DNA from: Bacillus zhangzhouensis
GTDB lineage: Bacteria; Bacillota; Bacilli; Bacillales; Bacillaceae
Assembly (NCBI GenBank): GCA_025809375.1
Contig: CP099514.1
Coordinates: 2,491,528-2,531,527, forward strand
Direction of reading: 5' to 3'
DNA length: 40,000 nt
The translations under genes were made by a program, and so were the position numbers. The notes below the pieces were generated by a model. It did not search any database, was not told where the DNA came from, and worked only from the letters and a program-made list of their open reading frames with translations. This document shows positions 5,840 to 16,269 of this stretch, piece by piece; positions within the stretch are counted from its first letter, which is position 1; each line of letters opens with the position of its first letter.

Positions 5840-6297
5840 TTGCAGCCATTTAATCCAGATGTCATTCCATTCACATGGTAGGAAAAACAAAATGCATTAT
5901 CTGATGTGTCAATCGCGATTCCTACACCAATATTATTTTGACCTACAAGCTGAAAGCCTCTAAATGCAGCATTACCTATAGCAGAAGAATCGACTACTTC
6001 AGAACCTCCCGGGGCATAGAACGAGCAGGCATTCAATTAATTTCCTCAAGATACTGCCACCAGCAAGGACATTGATCAATTGGAACCCGTTATCATTTGT
6101 CAGTTTATATAACTGAGAATGATTCCATTTCTGCTTTTCTATTACAGATGCATGAGATGTTACATCATTTTTGTGTTAATTAATTTGAGCCAATAGTCCA
6201 ATATCATTTTCAAGAATAACCTTGATCATGTGTCATTAAACAGATCTGCATGGGCTTTGTCACTGACTTTAAAAGAAGGAGGTGTCTTTATCTGCAT
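5836..6297 (-). pseudogene. Decayed paralogue of the tail-fibre / receptor-binding gene
   Basis: After AAGGAG, MQIKTPPSFKVSDKAHADLFND parallels MDIKSPLPFETSDKAHANLFNR of the intact gene at 7692. It then breaks into at least 3 frames with stops (..HMIKVILENDIGLLAQIN-stop-HKNDVTSHASVIEKQKWNHSQLYKL..GGSEVVDSSAIGNAAFRGFQLVGQNNIGVGIAID..). Confidence 0.55.
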
Positions 6298-6311
6298 GAA
6301 CATTCTCCTTT

Positions 6312-6479
6312 TTATTTTCCTTCTATTGGTTCTATTTCTTCCAGCTGCTCTAAAGTGAGCATCCTTTGCTCGTATCCTGCATTTAGATCTTCCATCGAAC
6401 AATCACCTAGTTCAACTGCTTGTTTGACCAATTCAGGTGTCACCCACTTGAAATATAATGCTATTACCCAATAATTCAT
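6312..6479 (-). CDS. xkdX: XkdX-family small phage protein (55 aa, below ORF-track cutoff)
   Basis: MNYWVIALYFKWVTPELVKQAVELGDCSMEDLNAGYEQRMLTLEQLEEIEPIEGK. It has an ATGA overlap with the xkdW stop. Position and size match PBSX xkdX. Confidence 0.7.
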   Translation of the reverse strand: MNYWVIALYFKWVTPELVKQAVELGDCSMEDLNAGYEQRMLTLEQLEEIEPIEGK

Positions 6480-6808
6480 GTTTCACTCTCTCCTTTAATG
6501 AAAAGGATCTCATTTTTTAGCGTATTTAGTTCGTTTGATAGAAGATCATATTGATGTTCAAGCTGTTTTCTCATCAGCTTTTCTTTTGCTACTTCTTGCG
6601 CTAGATAATTTAGTGGGAGCGGTGGTTGATATCTTGGATTGGCTTGTGATTCCTTCCACCATTTTTTCAATTCTTCATGTGTTGGTTTGGGCACATCAAG
6701 ATACCATTCATCTATATACGAACCAGCACCATCATTTCTTAATTCAAAATCCTTTTGCGGGTCCGCATCGGGATATTTATATTTAATGGCTTCATATAAA
6801 ATCATCAA
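6476..6808 (-). CDS. xkdW: XkdW-like protein
   Basis: MMILYEAIKYKYPDADPQKDFELRNDGAGSYIDEWYL..P.PT..EL..WW matches remembered XkdW (MILYDAIMYKYPNA..KDFELRNDGNGSYIEKW). 110 aa. Confidence 0.85.
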   Translation of the reverse strand: MMILYEAIKYKYPDADPQKDFELRNDGAGSYIDEWYLDVPKPTHEELKKWWKESQANPRYQPPLPLNYLAQEVAKEKLMRKQLEHQYDLLSNELNTLKNEILFIKGESET

Positions 6809-7692
6809 AACCCTCCTAAACTCGGGAAATTTCGGCCGCCTAATTCCGTAATATCAAAATAGTTGTACCAGCCTGAGTTATCTGATATATAACGACTAAC
6901 GTCTCCGTCATATCCTGCATACATATAAACTTCCAAATAATCCCCTTTATTAGCCGGAACATTTGCAGCACCATAAAGCCCCATACTTAAGCTCAATGTA
7001 TCAGAGGGGCTTCCCGGACTTTGTCTGTGATGTGCAATGTTTTTATACCTTTTTCCATTTAAATAGATCGATAATTCAAAGTTTGCATATCGTTGAAAAC
7101 TATCAATATAAACACCTACATTTACTAAATACATTCCATTTTCAGGACAGATGAAGCGATTATTTTTAATGTCAAAATTATTATGACTGTCTTTTATCTT
7201 TCGATTAAAAAGAACTTTTTGGTACTCTCCCTTTGTTAACAGCTGCTTCCCAGTTGTACCAATATTGGCATGAAGAAATCCAGATATTTTGTGCCATTCG
7301 GTCCAGCCAGACCCTGTCCACCAATGACGGCACCACGTACCTGTGCTATCAAAATAACTGCCAGCTTCGTTTCCAGTCCCATAGTAGTATTGTACAAATC
7401 GAAAGCTACTATATTTTTCATTTTTCACAAAGCCGAATCTTGTAGGGTATCCCGTATCATTGGCTTGACCAATATCCATGAATGTAATACCTAATGGATA
7501 TTCCTCGCCGCTGACTGATGCATCTTGAATGGCTTGATCCCCTGTTAGTTTGAATAAGCTTTCATTTGTGATTCCTGCTATTTGTTTACTAAGCACATTG
7601 TCATTCTCCACAAGTATGTCGACCATCCGATTAAACAAGTTGGCATGGGCTTTGTCTGAGGTTTCAAACGGTAAAGGTGATTTTATGTCCAC
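6805..7692 (-). CDS. Tail fibre / receptor-binding protein with a C-terminal C1q/TNF-like jelly-roll domain
   Basis: 295 aa with GGAGGAG SD and GTG start. Residues 162-190 (FNRKIKDSHNNFDIKNNRFICPENGMYLV) fit the C1q signature F-x5-[ND]-x4-[FYWL]-x6-F-x5-G-x-Y-x-F in all but the last position. It sits at the distal end of the baseplate/fibre module. Confidence 0.75.
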   Translation of the reverse strand: MDIKSPLPFETSDKAHANLFNRMVDILVENDNVLSKQIAGITNESLFKLTGDQAIQDASVSGEEYPLGITFMDIGQANDTGYPTRFGFVKNEKYSSFRFVQYYYGTGNEAGSYFDSTGTWCRHWWTGSGWTEWHKISGFLHANIGTTGKQLLTKGEYQKVLFNRKIKDSHNNFDIKNNRFICPENGMYLVNVGVYIDSFQRYANFELSIYLNGKRYKNIAHHRQSPGSPSDTLSLSMGLYGAANVPANKGDYLEVYMYAGYDGDVSRYISDNSGWYNYFDITELGGRNFPSLGGF

Positions 7693-7707
7693 TTCATTTC
7701 TCCTCCA

Positions 7708-8091
7708 TTAATAAATATCATCAATCTCAAAAACAAATTCGATGTCGCCGTCTTTTTGTTTGTCTGTCATGGTGCGGATGGCGGTGAATTTGCCGTCTTC
7801 GTCGACAAGTGCTAGTTCGTTGATCACTTCTCCTGCAAGTTCTCCTTCTTCGATCGTGCAGGTGTAGCGGATTTTTGCAGGTTCCATAAAGGTAAACGAA
7901 TCAATATTTTTTTGGACTAGTTCTTTTTTGAGTTTTTGTTCAGTGCCGTCTAGTGAAATCGGTTTTCCCTCCTTTGTTCCCCCACTTCCAAAGGCCATTT
8001 TAACGACTTTTGTGAGTTTTGTTCCTTCTGCTCTTGCCTTTGCCATTTGTTGACGTGCATACAGTGTTGTTACGGTTAATTGATCAGCCAT
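7708..8091 (-). CDS. Tail-fibre-associated protein (tail-collar / fibre N-terminal domain-like)
   Basis: 127 aa, between the xkdU-like gene and the fibre gene. The ..LT.VV.MAFGSGGT.. pattern resembles N-terminal domains of P2-type fibres (DUF3751-like). This is from memory only. Confidence 0.6.
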   Translation of the reverse strand: MADQLTVTTLYARQQMAKARAEGTKLTKVVKMAFGSGGTKEGKPISLDGTEQKLKKELVQKNIDSFTFMEPAKIRYTCTIEEGELAGEVINELALVDEDGKFTAIRTMTDKQKDGDIEFVFEIDDIY

Positions 8092-8102
8092 TGTGATCCT
8101 CC

Positions 8103-9026
8103 TTATAGCTCTATTTTTTTAGAAGTTGCTGCTAGCATTTTTGACCCGTCCAGTGAAACAGATCCATCGAGAATCCAGTCATGATCCTTGATCAGTAAAC
8201 TTCCATCCTGCTCAGTTTGAACATGTACTGGAAAGCAGAACGTCATTCTCTTTTTTGTTTGATGCTGAAGCTGATTTTTTGTGCGTATAGTCAGTGCCTC
8301 TTTTTGATTCGTTTCATATATCGCGCCAGTCATGACATAGTTCATGCGATATGTTGTTTCTGACTGATGCAGATGCGGCATTCTCATGTTTAATGAATGC
8401 CGAAAACGAGCAGGTACATCTGTTGCACCTCGTGTCCCGCTGAGATAAAACGTACCATTTAAGAAAAATTCACCATTGAGTAAAATCGGGATATGATCGA
8501 AAAAACCCACTCTGCTTCGCAGTGTGAGCCTCGCGTGATGATCATTTTTTTCATGTACGTCGGTACGATGAAAAGCCGTAAACGTATAAGCCAAATGTGC
8601 GGGCTTTAATGTTTCAAGTATTTCTACAATATATTTCGTGTTTTGTAGATCATCTAGGTTCACACGTAAAGAGAAGTGATAGCGATTGGTTGTGAGACGG
8701 ATGACAGCACTTGGGTTCTTGAGAATGCGATTGACTGATTTCTCTAATGAAAGATACGTGATTGGCGGAATATTTGACATCATATTGAGTAAGCGTGCCC
8801 TGCGCAGTTCAATTGAATCTTCTGAATTCCGCTGCACCTTCAGCATTCTTTCCCATCTATTTAACCCCCATGTCGCTGTTAAAGAAAAGAATTGATCCGT
8901 TAAGTCGAAAATGGATTCGTCCAATTGCTCAAATTCCAATGCCTCTGTCTTGAGCAGATGATCAACTTCATAAATCTCTGTAAAATATGGCGGCAAGTAG
9001 GTTTTCATTTCATCCTGTTTGCTCAA
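8103..9026 (-). CDS. xkdU: Baseplate/tail protein, XkdU-like (DUF2313, P2 gpI-like)
   Basis: 307 aa, directly after the Baseplate_J gene. The N-terminal YLPPYF....E...L....A.E...L......L..QFF...ATWGL..WE is typical of DUF2313. It is longer than PBSX XkdU as I remember it. Confidence 0.7.
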   Translation of the reverse strand: MSKQDEMKTYLPPYFTEIYEVDHLLKTEALEFEQLDESIFDLTDQFFSLTATWGLNRWERMLKVQRNSEDSIELRRARLLNMMSNIPPITYLSLEKSVNRILKNPSAVIRLTTNRYHFSLRVNLDDLQNTKYIVEILETLKPAHLAYTFTAFHRTDVHEKNDHHARLTLRSRVGFFDHIPILLNGEFFLNGTFYLSGTRGATDVPARFRHSLNMRMPHLHQSETTYRMNYVMTGAIYETNQKEALTIRTKNQLQHQTKKRMTFCFPVHVQTEQDGSLLIKDHDWILDGSVSLDGSKMLAATSKKIEL

Positions 9027-10059
9027 TAACCTTCACCTGCCTAAGACGCGGAATTTCAATGTCCTGTAATACTAAGTTTTTCGACTCTCCATTCAATAAT
9101 ACATGTGCATAGTCTGACACACTTTCTGAATGGTACAGAATATCATTTAAGGCGGACATTCGAATGGTACTCTTTTCAAATGCGATTGATTTCAACAGCG
9201 TCTTGACCTTTTCTTCTATTTCTTCCTGAGCTCCTTCAAGGGTCCATTCCATTTGAAGTTCGACAGCCACTTCTATGTCGATGTCCCGCCATTTGGCGCT
9301 TTCAACGGTGGCTTTTGAGCCTATAGGGGCTTGTCCTTCTCCTTCACCTGGCACCGGGTCGATATATTCCTGCACCTTTTTGACAAGAAGGTCTGATGCA
9401 ACATCTAGATTTCCATCTGTGATGACAATTTTGACCGTCCCTTCTCCGTTCCAAAGCGGGAACACTTTCGCTCTTCCAACACCGGACACTTCCTCAGCCC
9501 ATTTTTTATAATGCGCCCTGTTGGCACTGACAGCCTCTCGCCTCGCACGTATTAAATATCGCTCATATAAAGAAGCGTCATCTTCCTCTTCTTGACCTGG
9601 TATCACCAGTTCTTTCATGGTAATCGATTCGAGCCCTGGAATTGTATCAAGTGACAGCAGAGGCTGATCTGTCAATTGAACATTGCCGGCTTTACCAGGT
9701 GTCTCGCACTCTAGCGTGCCATCCTTCGAATATTGAAAATAAATGTCTTCAATAAAAAAACGTGAGCCAGCTGGAATATTGATATTTTCTGGCTGAATGG
9801 CCGCTGACCAAACCGCTTTAGTGGCTGATTTCCTTTCAATTCCTACTTCAGCAGCCCGCCGATCTAGAAACTCTCCTTGTGCTGTATCTGCAAAGACCAG
9901 CTCGAACACTTGATCAAGCCAAATATAGGACTGGGCCAGTTCAGCGGCAGCAGGTGCTAAGGCATTCCAAATCACGCTGTTTTCTCTTTTATCTATGTCA
10001 TCTGGCAGTCTGTCCAGCATTCTTTCCATTAATGCTTCGTACGTTTGTTCTTCAAACAT
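9010..10059 (-). CDS. xkdT: Baseplate J-like protein
   Basis: 349 aa. Size and position equal XkdT. Overlapping starts and stops with the neighbouring genes. Confidence 0.8.
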   Translation of the reverse strand: MFEEQTYEALMERMLDRLPDDIDKRENSVIWNALAPAAAELAQSYIWLDQVFELVFADTAQGEFLDRRAAEVGIERKSATKAVWSAAIQPENINIPAGSRFFIEDIYFQYSKDGTLECETPGKAGNVQLTDQPLLSLDTIPGLESITMKELVIPGQEEEDDASLYERYLIRARREAVSANRAHYKKWAEEVSGVGRAKVFPLWNGEGTVKIVITDGNLDVASDLLVKKVQEYIDPVPGEGEGQAPIGSKATVESAKWRDIDIEVAVELQMEWTLEGAQEEIEEKVKTLLKSIAFEKSTIRMSALNDILYHSESVSDYAHVLLNGESKNLVLQDIEIPRLRQVKVIEQTG

Positions 10060-10483
10060 CGCCCTCCATCACCTCCTCTATTTCTAATGTGCCTACATCT
10101 GTAACAATTGCTAGTTTGACATGAAACGAGTCATTTTGCTTTGTGACCTCTAACTCTTCAATATGATCAATCCGCTCGTCAACGAGCAGTGCTTCCTCTA
10201 GCAGCCTCGGAATCTCCATTTCTTTGTATTCATCCGTGGCTTCTGTATCCGTCAACAGCTCCTGAATTTCAGTACCAATGTCGTGGCTGTAGATAGGATG
10301 TGCATACCGCTCTGTCCTAAGTGTCGTATAAATAAATTGCCTGATTGCCTCAATACCTGAAATGGTTTCGCCTGTCAGTCTACCAGTTTTAAAATCTATT
10401 CGATACGTCGTCGAGGTTTCGACCTCTTCATCTTCTTCTGTTTCCTCGATTTCTTCCTCTGGTGAAAGTGCCACGTTCATCAC
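10052..10483 (-). CDS. xkdS: Baseplate wedge protein, XkdS-like (DUF2634 / gp25-W-like)
   Basis: 143 aa with an acidic N-terminus. Synteny with PBSX. Confidence 0.7.
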   Translation of the reverse strand: MMNVALSPEEEIEETEEDEEVETSTTYRIDFKTGRLTGETISGIEAIRQFIYTTLRTERYAHPIYSHDIGTEIQELLTDTEATDEYKEMEIPRLLEEALLVDERIDHIEELEVTKQNDSFHVKLAIVTDVGTLEIEEVMEGDV

Positions 10484-10488
10484 CTCCC

Positions 10489-10755
10489 TTACAATTTGTC
10501 GATGATGTAAAAGGACTGCCCTCCTGCCATTGCAAGCACCATAATACTGTCTCCTTTTTTTAGCTCATCATCTTCCCCTATATTTAAGCGCTTTGGCCAA
10601 ATCAGTAATTCTTCTGGAATGAGCAGCTTATGATTTTCATTTAATCGGATGCTCAGTGGGGAAATTGCCGTGACTTCTCCAATGACAAGATCAATTGGCG
10701 ATGCTGCGTCTACTGCATTCACTGCCAATCGTTTAATCGCTTCACTTAATCTCAC
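10489..10755 (-). CDS. xkdR: XkdR-like small baseplate protein (DUF2577)
   Basis: 88 aa. Synteny and size match PBSX XkdR. Confidence 0.7.
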   Translation of the reverse strand: MRLSEAIKRLAVNAVDAASPIDLVIGEVTAISPLSIRLNENHKLLIPEELLIWPKRLNIGEDDELKKGDSIMVLAMAGGQSFYIIDKL

Positions 10756-11762
10756 GCTTGATCACCCTTTGGCATGGAATTTTTCTCAACAACATCTATT
10801 GTCATGGTGTGTTTCACCCCACTGAATTCATGTTTATCTTGATCGATCCAGTAAGTTTTTTTTACGTTGATTTCAGGAATCTTTAAATCGATTGGGAGAC
10901 CGCTTTGCAGCTCAGGAATTCCTAACGCTTGGATGCTTTTGACTTCTTGTTTGACGCCTTGCTTCTCTGCCAGCCGTACTTTGGCTCTTTTTTGCAGCTG
11001 CGGCTGGTTGATTTGCCCCGTGACTGTCTCAACATGCTGTAAAATACCGTATTTATTTTGACCTGCTTTATCCTGTTCGATCACCACAATCTCGGATTTA
11101 CTGCCTTTTTTCTTATTTTTCCCCTGTTCATCAGCAGACGTACGCATCTTGACACGAGTGGCTGTCTCTTCAATCGAGGTACTGTATTGATAGCTGATGA
11201 GATTGACGCCTGATTCAATGACCCATACGTCCTCTGGATCAGGCCAGGTTCTCAGCCCCATCTTTCCTTTCGCACAATAAATTTGATAGTTTCTTCCAGT
11301 CTGCCGCTTCGTTTCTTTCAATGCTTTCAATATCATGTCATACAAGCTCGTATCATTTTTAAACACTAGCGATTTTATGACATGTCCTGTATTGGCGATG
11401 GAGGTCATTGGAATTTGAAAATCAGCTCCAATCCGCCTTAAGATTTGGTCTGCTCTTTGATTTGAAAAAACATAGACATCTTGGTTTTTTACTAAATATT
11501 GAAGCATATCGTATGCGGTAAAGGTCAACTTCCCTTCAACCGGCGTACGGGAAAAAACGATACCTCTGAATAGCTCTTTTCCTTTCCATTTAAAAAGAAC
11601 CGTGTCCCCTTCTGAGACACGGTAATATGTTTGACTGCCTTGCTTTGTGATAATATTTGCCTGTATAGAGCGAGGGGCTTGATACCTTTGCCCCTGAAGT
11701 GTCACACTCTCTGTGACAAGCTCATACATGGTGCCGCTTCTGATGGCAAAAAGCTCAATCAA
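10752..11762 (-). CDS. xkdQ: XkdQ-like baseplate hub / late-control gpD-like protein
   Basis: 336 aa. It follows the LysM protein as in PBSX. TTG start 6 nt after GGGGGG. Confidence 0.75.
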   Translation of the reverse strand: MIELFAIRSGTMYELVTESVTLQGQRYQAPRSIQANIITKQGSQTYYRVSEGDTVLFKWKGKELFRGIVFSRTPVEGKLTFTAYDMLQYLVKNQDVYVFSNQRADQILRRIGADFQIPMTSIANTGHVIKSLVFKNDTSLYDMILKALKETKRQTGRNYQIYCAKGKMGLRTWPDPEDVWVIESGVNLISYQYSTSIEETATRVKMRTSADEQGKNKKKGSKSEIVVIEQDKAGQNKYGILQHVETVTGQINQPQLQKRAKVRLAEKQGVKQEVKSIQALGIPELQSGLPIDLKIPEINVKKTYWIDQDKHEFSGVKHTMTIDVVEKNSMPKGDQA

Positions 11763-11774
11763 TGCCAGCCCCCC

Positions 11775-12443
11775 TTATTGTGGTATTTTTAATTTTTGTC
11801 CAGGGAAAATCCAATGCCCTGGTTGCTTAATGTTGCGTTTGCTTCGTTTTATCATCGCTACTTTATTGATATTCCAAATACGCCGCCATTTTCTACTGTC
11901 ACCATAAAATCGGCCTGAAATGGTCCACAGCGTATCACCTTTTTTGACAGTATACAATTTTGGTGGTGATTTTGTTGGTCTTTTCTTTTTGGTTTGTTTT
12001 GCTTTTCTCTTCCGTTTGATTTTCCTAGGAGATGCGGTTTTATATTCTTTTAACTCGATCGTAAATTCACGATCTCCAATATCATATGACCCTTCCTTAT
12101 GGGTGAAACTTTCAATACTGCACGTCATATTGATGTTTGTTCCAGTTACAATCAACCGCACGGATTTCTTTGAACGCATCATTCGTTCAATTTTCGCGAT
12201 CGCATTCTCTGGTGATGGAATGCTTTTATATTCAGCAATCGGCGAATATTTCTTAGGAAATAATGAGGTGAACGATATTTGTTTCGCCGATGGTACGTCA
12301 ATAAAGGTCAATTCTCCAAAAGAGGCGACCTTCACTGTTTCATTTTGTACGTTATTTGTGATTTCAAGTTCAGATGGAAGGACTGGGAATCGCAACTTGT
12401 CCTTTCCTTGGGAAATCCACAATTGATACACTGATTTACCCAT
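11775..12443 (-). CDS. xkdP: LysM-domain tail protein
   Basis: C-terminal LysM motif [33 protein letters not shown] 12443 overlaps the tape-measure stop by 8 nt, and GAAGGGGG lies 9 nt upstream. Confidence 0.85.
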   Translation of the reverse strand: MGKSVYQLWISQGKDKLRFPVLPSELEITNNVQNETVKVASFGELTFIDVPSAKQISFTSLFPKKYSPIAEYKSIPSPENAIAKIERMMRSKKSVRLIVTGTNINMTCSIESFTHKEGSYDIGDREFTIELKEYKTASPRKIKRKRKAKQTKKKRPTKSPPKLYTVKKGDTLWTISGRFYGDSRKWRRIWNINKVAMIKRSKRNIKQPGHWIFPGQKLKIPQ

Positions 12444-15400
12444 CAATTACGACCCCCTTCGTTCCTGTATGAAGCTCTACTTCCAGTTCATCTACGAGCA
12501 TTTGTCTAATTTTTTCGACAAGCGATTGCTGGTCTTGTCCTTTATGAAAATGCTGACCTCCATTGAATTGGATCGTAATTTGTTTATTACCTGACGATGC
12601 TTTCCTGCCAGTAGACTGAGCTGAGATGACTTGTTGCATCTGTGCTTCTGGTAAAGGAGTAGATGCATTTGATGGATCATAAACTTGCATCCCAAGCGCC
12701 TTGGCTGCCTGCGTCAATAAATACCTTCCGCGAATGCCTCTTTCTTCGGGAATAATCCATTCACGTTTGTTTCCTTCACCGACTCTAGCAATCTGCTCCT
12801 GAGTAATCAATCCGCCATTTGCGTAGCCTTTATAAGGACCGCCTCTTCTCATACTTCGTAATCCCGGCGTGTTGAAGACTGTTCCATATCTTCCCTTAAT
12901 GTAGTTAATGGCTGCTACGGCATTATGAATAGGGTTCCAAATGTCATTCATGCCCTTACCTTTATTAGAGTTAAATGTCGGTCCAATGGTTTGCATTAAG
13001 CCTTTAGAAGGTGTTCCCTTTTTAGCGTTGGAATCCCATAAGTTGATCGCTCTCGGATTTCCATTTGATTCATGCTGTGCGATGGTCATCAGACCTGGGA
13101 GCCAATTCATAGATGTGCCAGTTGCCATGAGAGCTGCCATAAGCCATTGCTGAACACTAAGTTTTGAAGCCCCCATACCGCTGAAAGCACCGATTAACGA
13201 ACCAGCCTGATTTTCAGCAAACTTTTTCACATCAACTGAGTCCAGCCCTTTGACGACACCGATCGATGCAAATTTCCCAAGACTCATCATGACGCGTGAA
13301 GGGGAGTGAATGTCTAATGTTTCTCTAAATGCCTGTTCTACTTTTTTCGCCATTTCTTTGGCCGCCTGCGTGACTTCGCTTCCTTTGGAACGCATGCCGC
13401 TGTTAAAGGCGTCAATCATTCCAGAACCCCAGCCTGGTGATGCTTGTTTTGCTAGCAGGAATGGTTGTTTGATGTGTTGATCTACGTATTGGCTCGTGCC
13501 AGTAGATGTGGCATGTTGGCCTGCTGCAAAACCACTAACCGTTCCAGAACCCCAAGTTGGTGATGCTGTTATGACTTGTTGGTATGGTGCTTTTACACGT
13601 TTTTGCAAAAAGCTATCTGTTCCTGTTGGTGTCATCTGCTGGCTATTTGCAAAGGCAGCAACCGTTTGCTGACCATACTTTCCTGAGTCTGATGTCAATT
13701 GATTAAAAGGCTGCTGAATATTCTTTTGTTTCCATTGATCAAGGGAGATTCCTTTACGATTTAACCCTTGTTCAAAATCGTTATTAAATTGCTCGCCAAT
13801 ACCGAAGGCTTGAATGCTCGCATTCATTGAGACTGATCCGCCTCCGCTCATTGAACTTACTGAAGATGATGCATTTGTACGTGCTGGGGAACTTGACACT
13901 GGATTTCCGTCCGATTCGCTTGGTACAACAGACATTCCAAGTTGAGAAGCAGCCTGTGCAAGCAGCATCTTTCCGCGTCCTCGGTTATTTTGAGTTGGAA
14001 TGACAAATTCGTTCCCAGCTTCACCGACCCATGATAAGGTTGGCCGGGTGATATAGCCGCCTGTGGCATTATTATCAGGCTTTTTCTTCCCAACGATCCA
14101 ATTTATTACTACATCTACAATACCGCCTGCTTTGTCAAAAATCTTTTTTACCCAGCCAAATGCTGTAGAAAACCCTGTACTAATGGCTTCTGCTACTTTT
14201 CCAATCGGCTTCTGAATGTTGTCCTCAAACCATTTGGATAATCCATCCCATATATCTGTCACCACTTTATAAGCTGCTTCAAACTTTTTCCCGATACTAT
14301 CTTTAATGGTTCCTACGGTATCTACAAGTGGATTCCACACATTCTCCATAAACCAAGAGGATACAGTTCCAAAGATTGATTGTATTGTCTTCCATGCATT
14401 TGATAAAGCCGTCCAAATGTCTGTAGCGACTGTAACGACTGTACCGCTTAATGGTGTCCAGACGTTTTCGATAAACCAGCCTGTGACTGTACTGAATGTT
14501 TCTTGAATCCATGTCCAGGCATTGACTAGACTTGACCATATGGTGATCGCTACTGTGATAACCGTACTGCTTAATGGTGTCCAGACGTTTTCTGTGAACC
14601 AAGCCGCAACTGTTGACCAAACTTCGACTATTTGATTTTTGATTTCAATAGCTTTTTGGCCAATCTTTTCAAATCCGCCGCCATCAAACCATTTTCCAAT
14701 CGTTTCACCGATAGATTCGCCACCCATACTTCCAGCGATGCCGCCTACTAGACCACCGATGGCTGTGCCTACCCCTGGAACTACGCTTCCAATAGCTGAA
14801 CCTGCTGCAGCACCTGCCATCCCGCCGGCTATGCCGCCGCCAGTCGTACCGATCTTTTGACCAGCATTCTCTTTGTTCATACCGATTAAATTTGTTGCAC
14901 CAAGTAAACCACCTAGAATAGGTAATTTCTTTAATAATTTGCCGCTCCCTTTACCGATATTTTTCACCGCATCCCCTAATCCACTTAATCCCTTGCCTCC
15001 TTTCACTAGACCCGTAAGTCCGCCTAATGAAGCTACGTTAATCGCACCTTTCTTTAGTCCACTAGGAATTTTTCCAAATAACTTACCTGCATTTGTTTTC
15101 AGTTTTCCTAATCTACCTGGAAGTCTTTTATTTCTGTCGGCTCTTGTTGTAGCGTTTGGATTTGTGGGCTGTCTTTGTGAGCGGCCATTTCTATTTTTAG
15201 TTTTATTAGAACCACGCCTGCTTAAACCTCGAGCACAACAAGGGCAACAACTATTGCGAAACAAACCTTTTCCACTTTTCGCCTTAAGATGGGTTTTAGG
15301 AGCCGGATTAGATGGTGTTGATGTTGGTGCCGGAGTGGTACTGTTGTTCTCACTTACACCAAAGAGACGATCTAATCCTGTCTTCACTAATTGATCTAGT

Positions 15401-16269
15401 TTTTCTTCAGGATTAAATTTAATCTTCTCTTTCATTCTTCCGATCACATCTTGTTTGTACTCTTCCATTTTATTTTCAACCCAAGGAAGTGCTTTTTCAT
15501 CCCAAAACTTTCTAGGACTCAATTGTTCCTTCACTTTGTCTGCAACGTCACCTGCATATTTTTGAATTTCATTTAATCCTTTATTGGCAAAGTTTTGGAG
15601 CCAACTCTGTTTAGGTTCATCCGTTTTAACTGACGTACTAGCAATCTCAGGCTCTTTTTTTATGGTTTTTTCTTTCACAACAGACTCTGCCTGATCTCGT
15701 TTTTTCAGCTTACTCTTTGCATTGTCTTGAACAGACACTCTGATTTCGTGTTTGGACATCGTCAAGCTTTTGAGTGTCTTTTTGATTCGTTGAATTGCAG
15801 CGGTGGCTTGGTCAACCATGTTTAATCTCATATAGTACGTTCTGTTGATGAGCTGAAGGATTGATTTTTTGATCGATGACATTTTCGCTGACAATTGATC
15901 GTTTAGTTTAAACGTCAGCATAATGGGACTTGTCCCCACTTGTTTCAAACGATCTATGCTGGTTTTAATGACATCCAGCCCCTTCGCTTGAAAGGATATG
16001 ACCAGATGATTCGGTATCAGATTTAACTGATTTTTTAATGATTTTAGATCACGATAGATTCCCTGATCCAACCTCATGGAAAATACTGAAACTTTCCGTA
16101 GCAATAAAGTGAGATTTCTCAGCTTCTTTTCATCCATTTCCAGGCTTATTTTAACCGGTTTTCTAAATGGTTTGAGCTGCTTCTCAAACGTTTGAAATCG
16201 TTTTCGAATGCGTAATAACTTCTTCGACACCCGGTCTTCTAATTCAAATCGCGCTGTGAGTTTCGCCAT
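12436..16269 (-). CDS. xkdO: Tail tape measure protein with a C-terminal lytic-transglycosylase-like domain
   Basis: 1277 aa, the largest ORF. It has a coiled-coil N-terminus, a Gly-rich segment, three 41-aa tandem repeats and an SLT-like motif ([13 protein letters not shown]). It lies directly downstream of the chaperone pair. Confidence 0.9.
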   Translation of the reverse strand: MAKLTARFELEDRVSKKLLRIRKRFQTFEKQLKPFRKPVKISLEMDEKKLRNLTLLLRKVSVFSMRLDQGIYRDLKSLKNQLNLIPNHLVISFQAKGLDVIKTSIDRLKQVGTSPIMLTFKLNDQLSAKMSSIKKSILQLINRTYYMRLNMVDQATAAIQRIKKTLKSLTMSKHEIRVSVQDNAKSKLKKRDQAESVVKEKTIKKEPEIASTSVKTDEPKQSWLQNFANKGLNEIQKYAGDVADKVKEQLSPRKFWDEKALPWVENKMEEYKQDVIGRMKEKIKFNPEEKLDQLVKTGLDRLFGVSENNSTTPAPTSTPSNPAPKTHLKAKSGKGLFRNSCCPCCARGLSRRGSNKTKNRNGRSQRQPTNPNATTRADRNKRLPGRLGKLKTNAGKLFGKIPSGLKKGAINVASLGGLTGLVKGGKGLSGLGDAVKNIGKGSGKLLKKLPILGGLLGATNLIGMNKENAGQKIGTTGGGIAGGMAGAAAGSAIGSVVPGVGTAIGGLVGGIAGSMGGESIGETIGKWFDGGGFEKIGQKAIEIKNQIVEVWSTVAAWFTENVWTPLSSTVITVAITIWSSLVNAWTWIQETFSTVTGWFIENVWTPLSGTVVTVATDIWTALSNAWKTIQSIFGTVSSWFMENVWNPLVDTVGTIKDSIGKKFEAAYKVVTDIWDGLSKWFEDNIQKPIGKVAEAISTGFSTAFGWVKKIFDKAGGIVDVVINWIVGKKKPDNNATGGYITRPTLSWVGEAGNEFVIPTQNNRGRGKMLLAQAASQLGMSVVPSESDGNPVSSSPARTNASSSVSSMSGGGSVSMNASIQAFGIGEQFNNDFEQGLNRKGISLDQWKQKNIQQPFNQLTSDSGKYGQQTVAAFANSQQMTPTGTDSFLQKRVKAPYQQVITASPTWGSGTVSGFAAGQHATSTGTSQYVDQHIKQPFLLAKQASPGWGSGMIDAFNSGMRSKGSEVTQAAKEMAKKVEQAFRETLDIHSPSRVMMSLGKFASIGVVKGLDSVDVKKFAENQAGSLIGAFSGMGASKLSVQQWLMAALMATGTSMNWLPGLMTIAQHESNGNPRAINLWDSNAKKGTPSKGLMQTIGPTFNSNKGKGMNDIWNPIHNAVAAINYIKGRYGTVFNTPGLRSMRRGGPYKGYANGGLITQEQIARVGEGNKREWIIPEERGIRGRYLLTQAAKALGMQVYDPSNASTPLPEAQMQQVISAQSTGRKASSGNKQITIQFNGGQHFHKGQDQQSLVEKIRQMLVDELEVELHTGTKGVVIDG
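14290..14630 (-). repeat. Three tandem ~123-nt (41-aa) repeats inside the tape measure gene
   Basis: The unit is WF.ENVW.PL..TV.TV...IW..L.NAW..IQ..F.TV. An identical 24-mer gcttaatggtgtccagacgttttc occurs at 14446-14469 and 14569-14592. The third copy is diverged. Confidence 0.8.

Noticed and set aside
5502-5849. 115-aa Arg/Cys-rich minus-strand ORF
   Set aside because: It is an out-of-frame reading across xhlA and the decayed xkdX-like gene. Its composition is implausible and it has no SD.
14639-15394. Pro-rich plus-strand ORFs (73 and 173 aa) inside the tape measure gene
   Set aside because: They are the reverse-complement shadow of the Gly/Ala-rich coding segment of xkdO. The same applies to the other antisense ORFs within 12436-16269.
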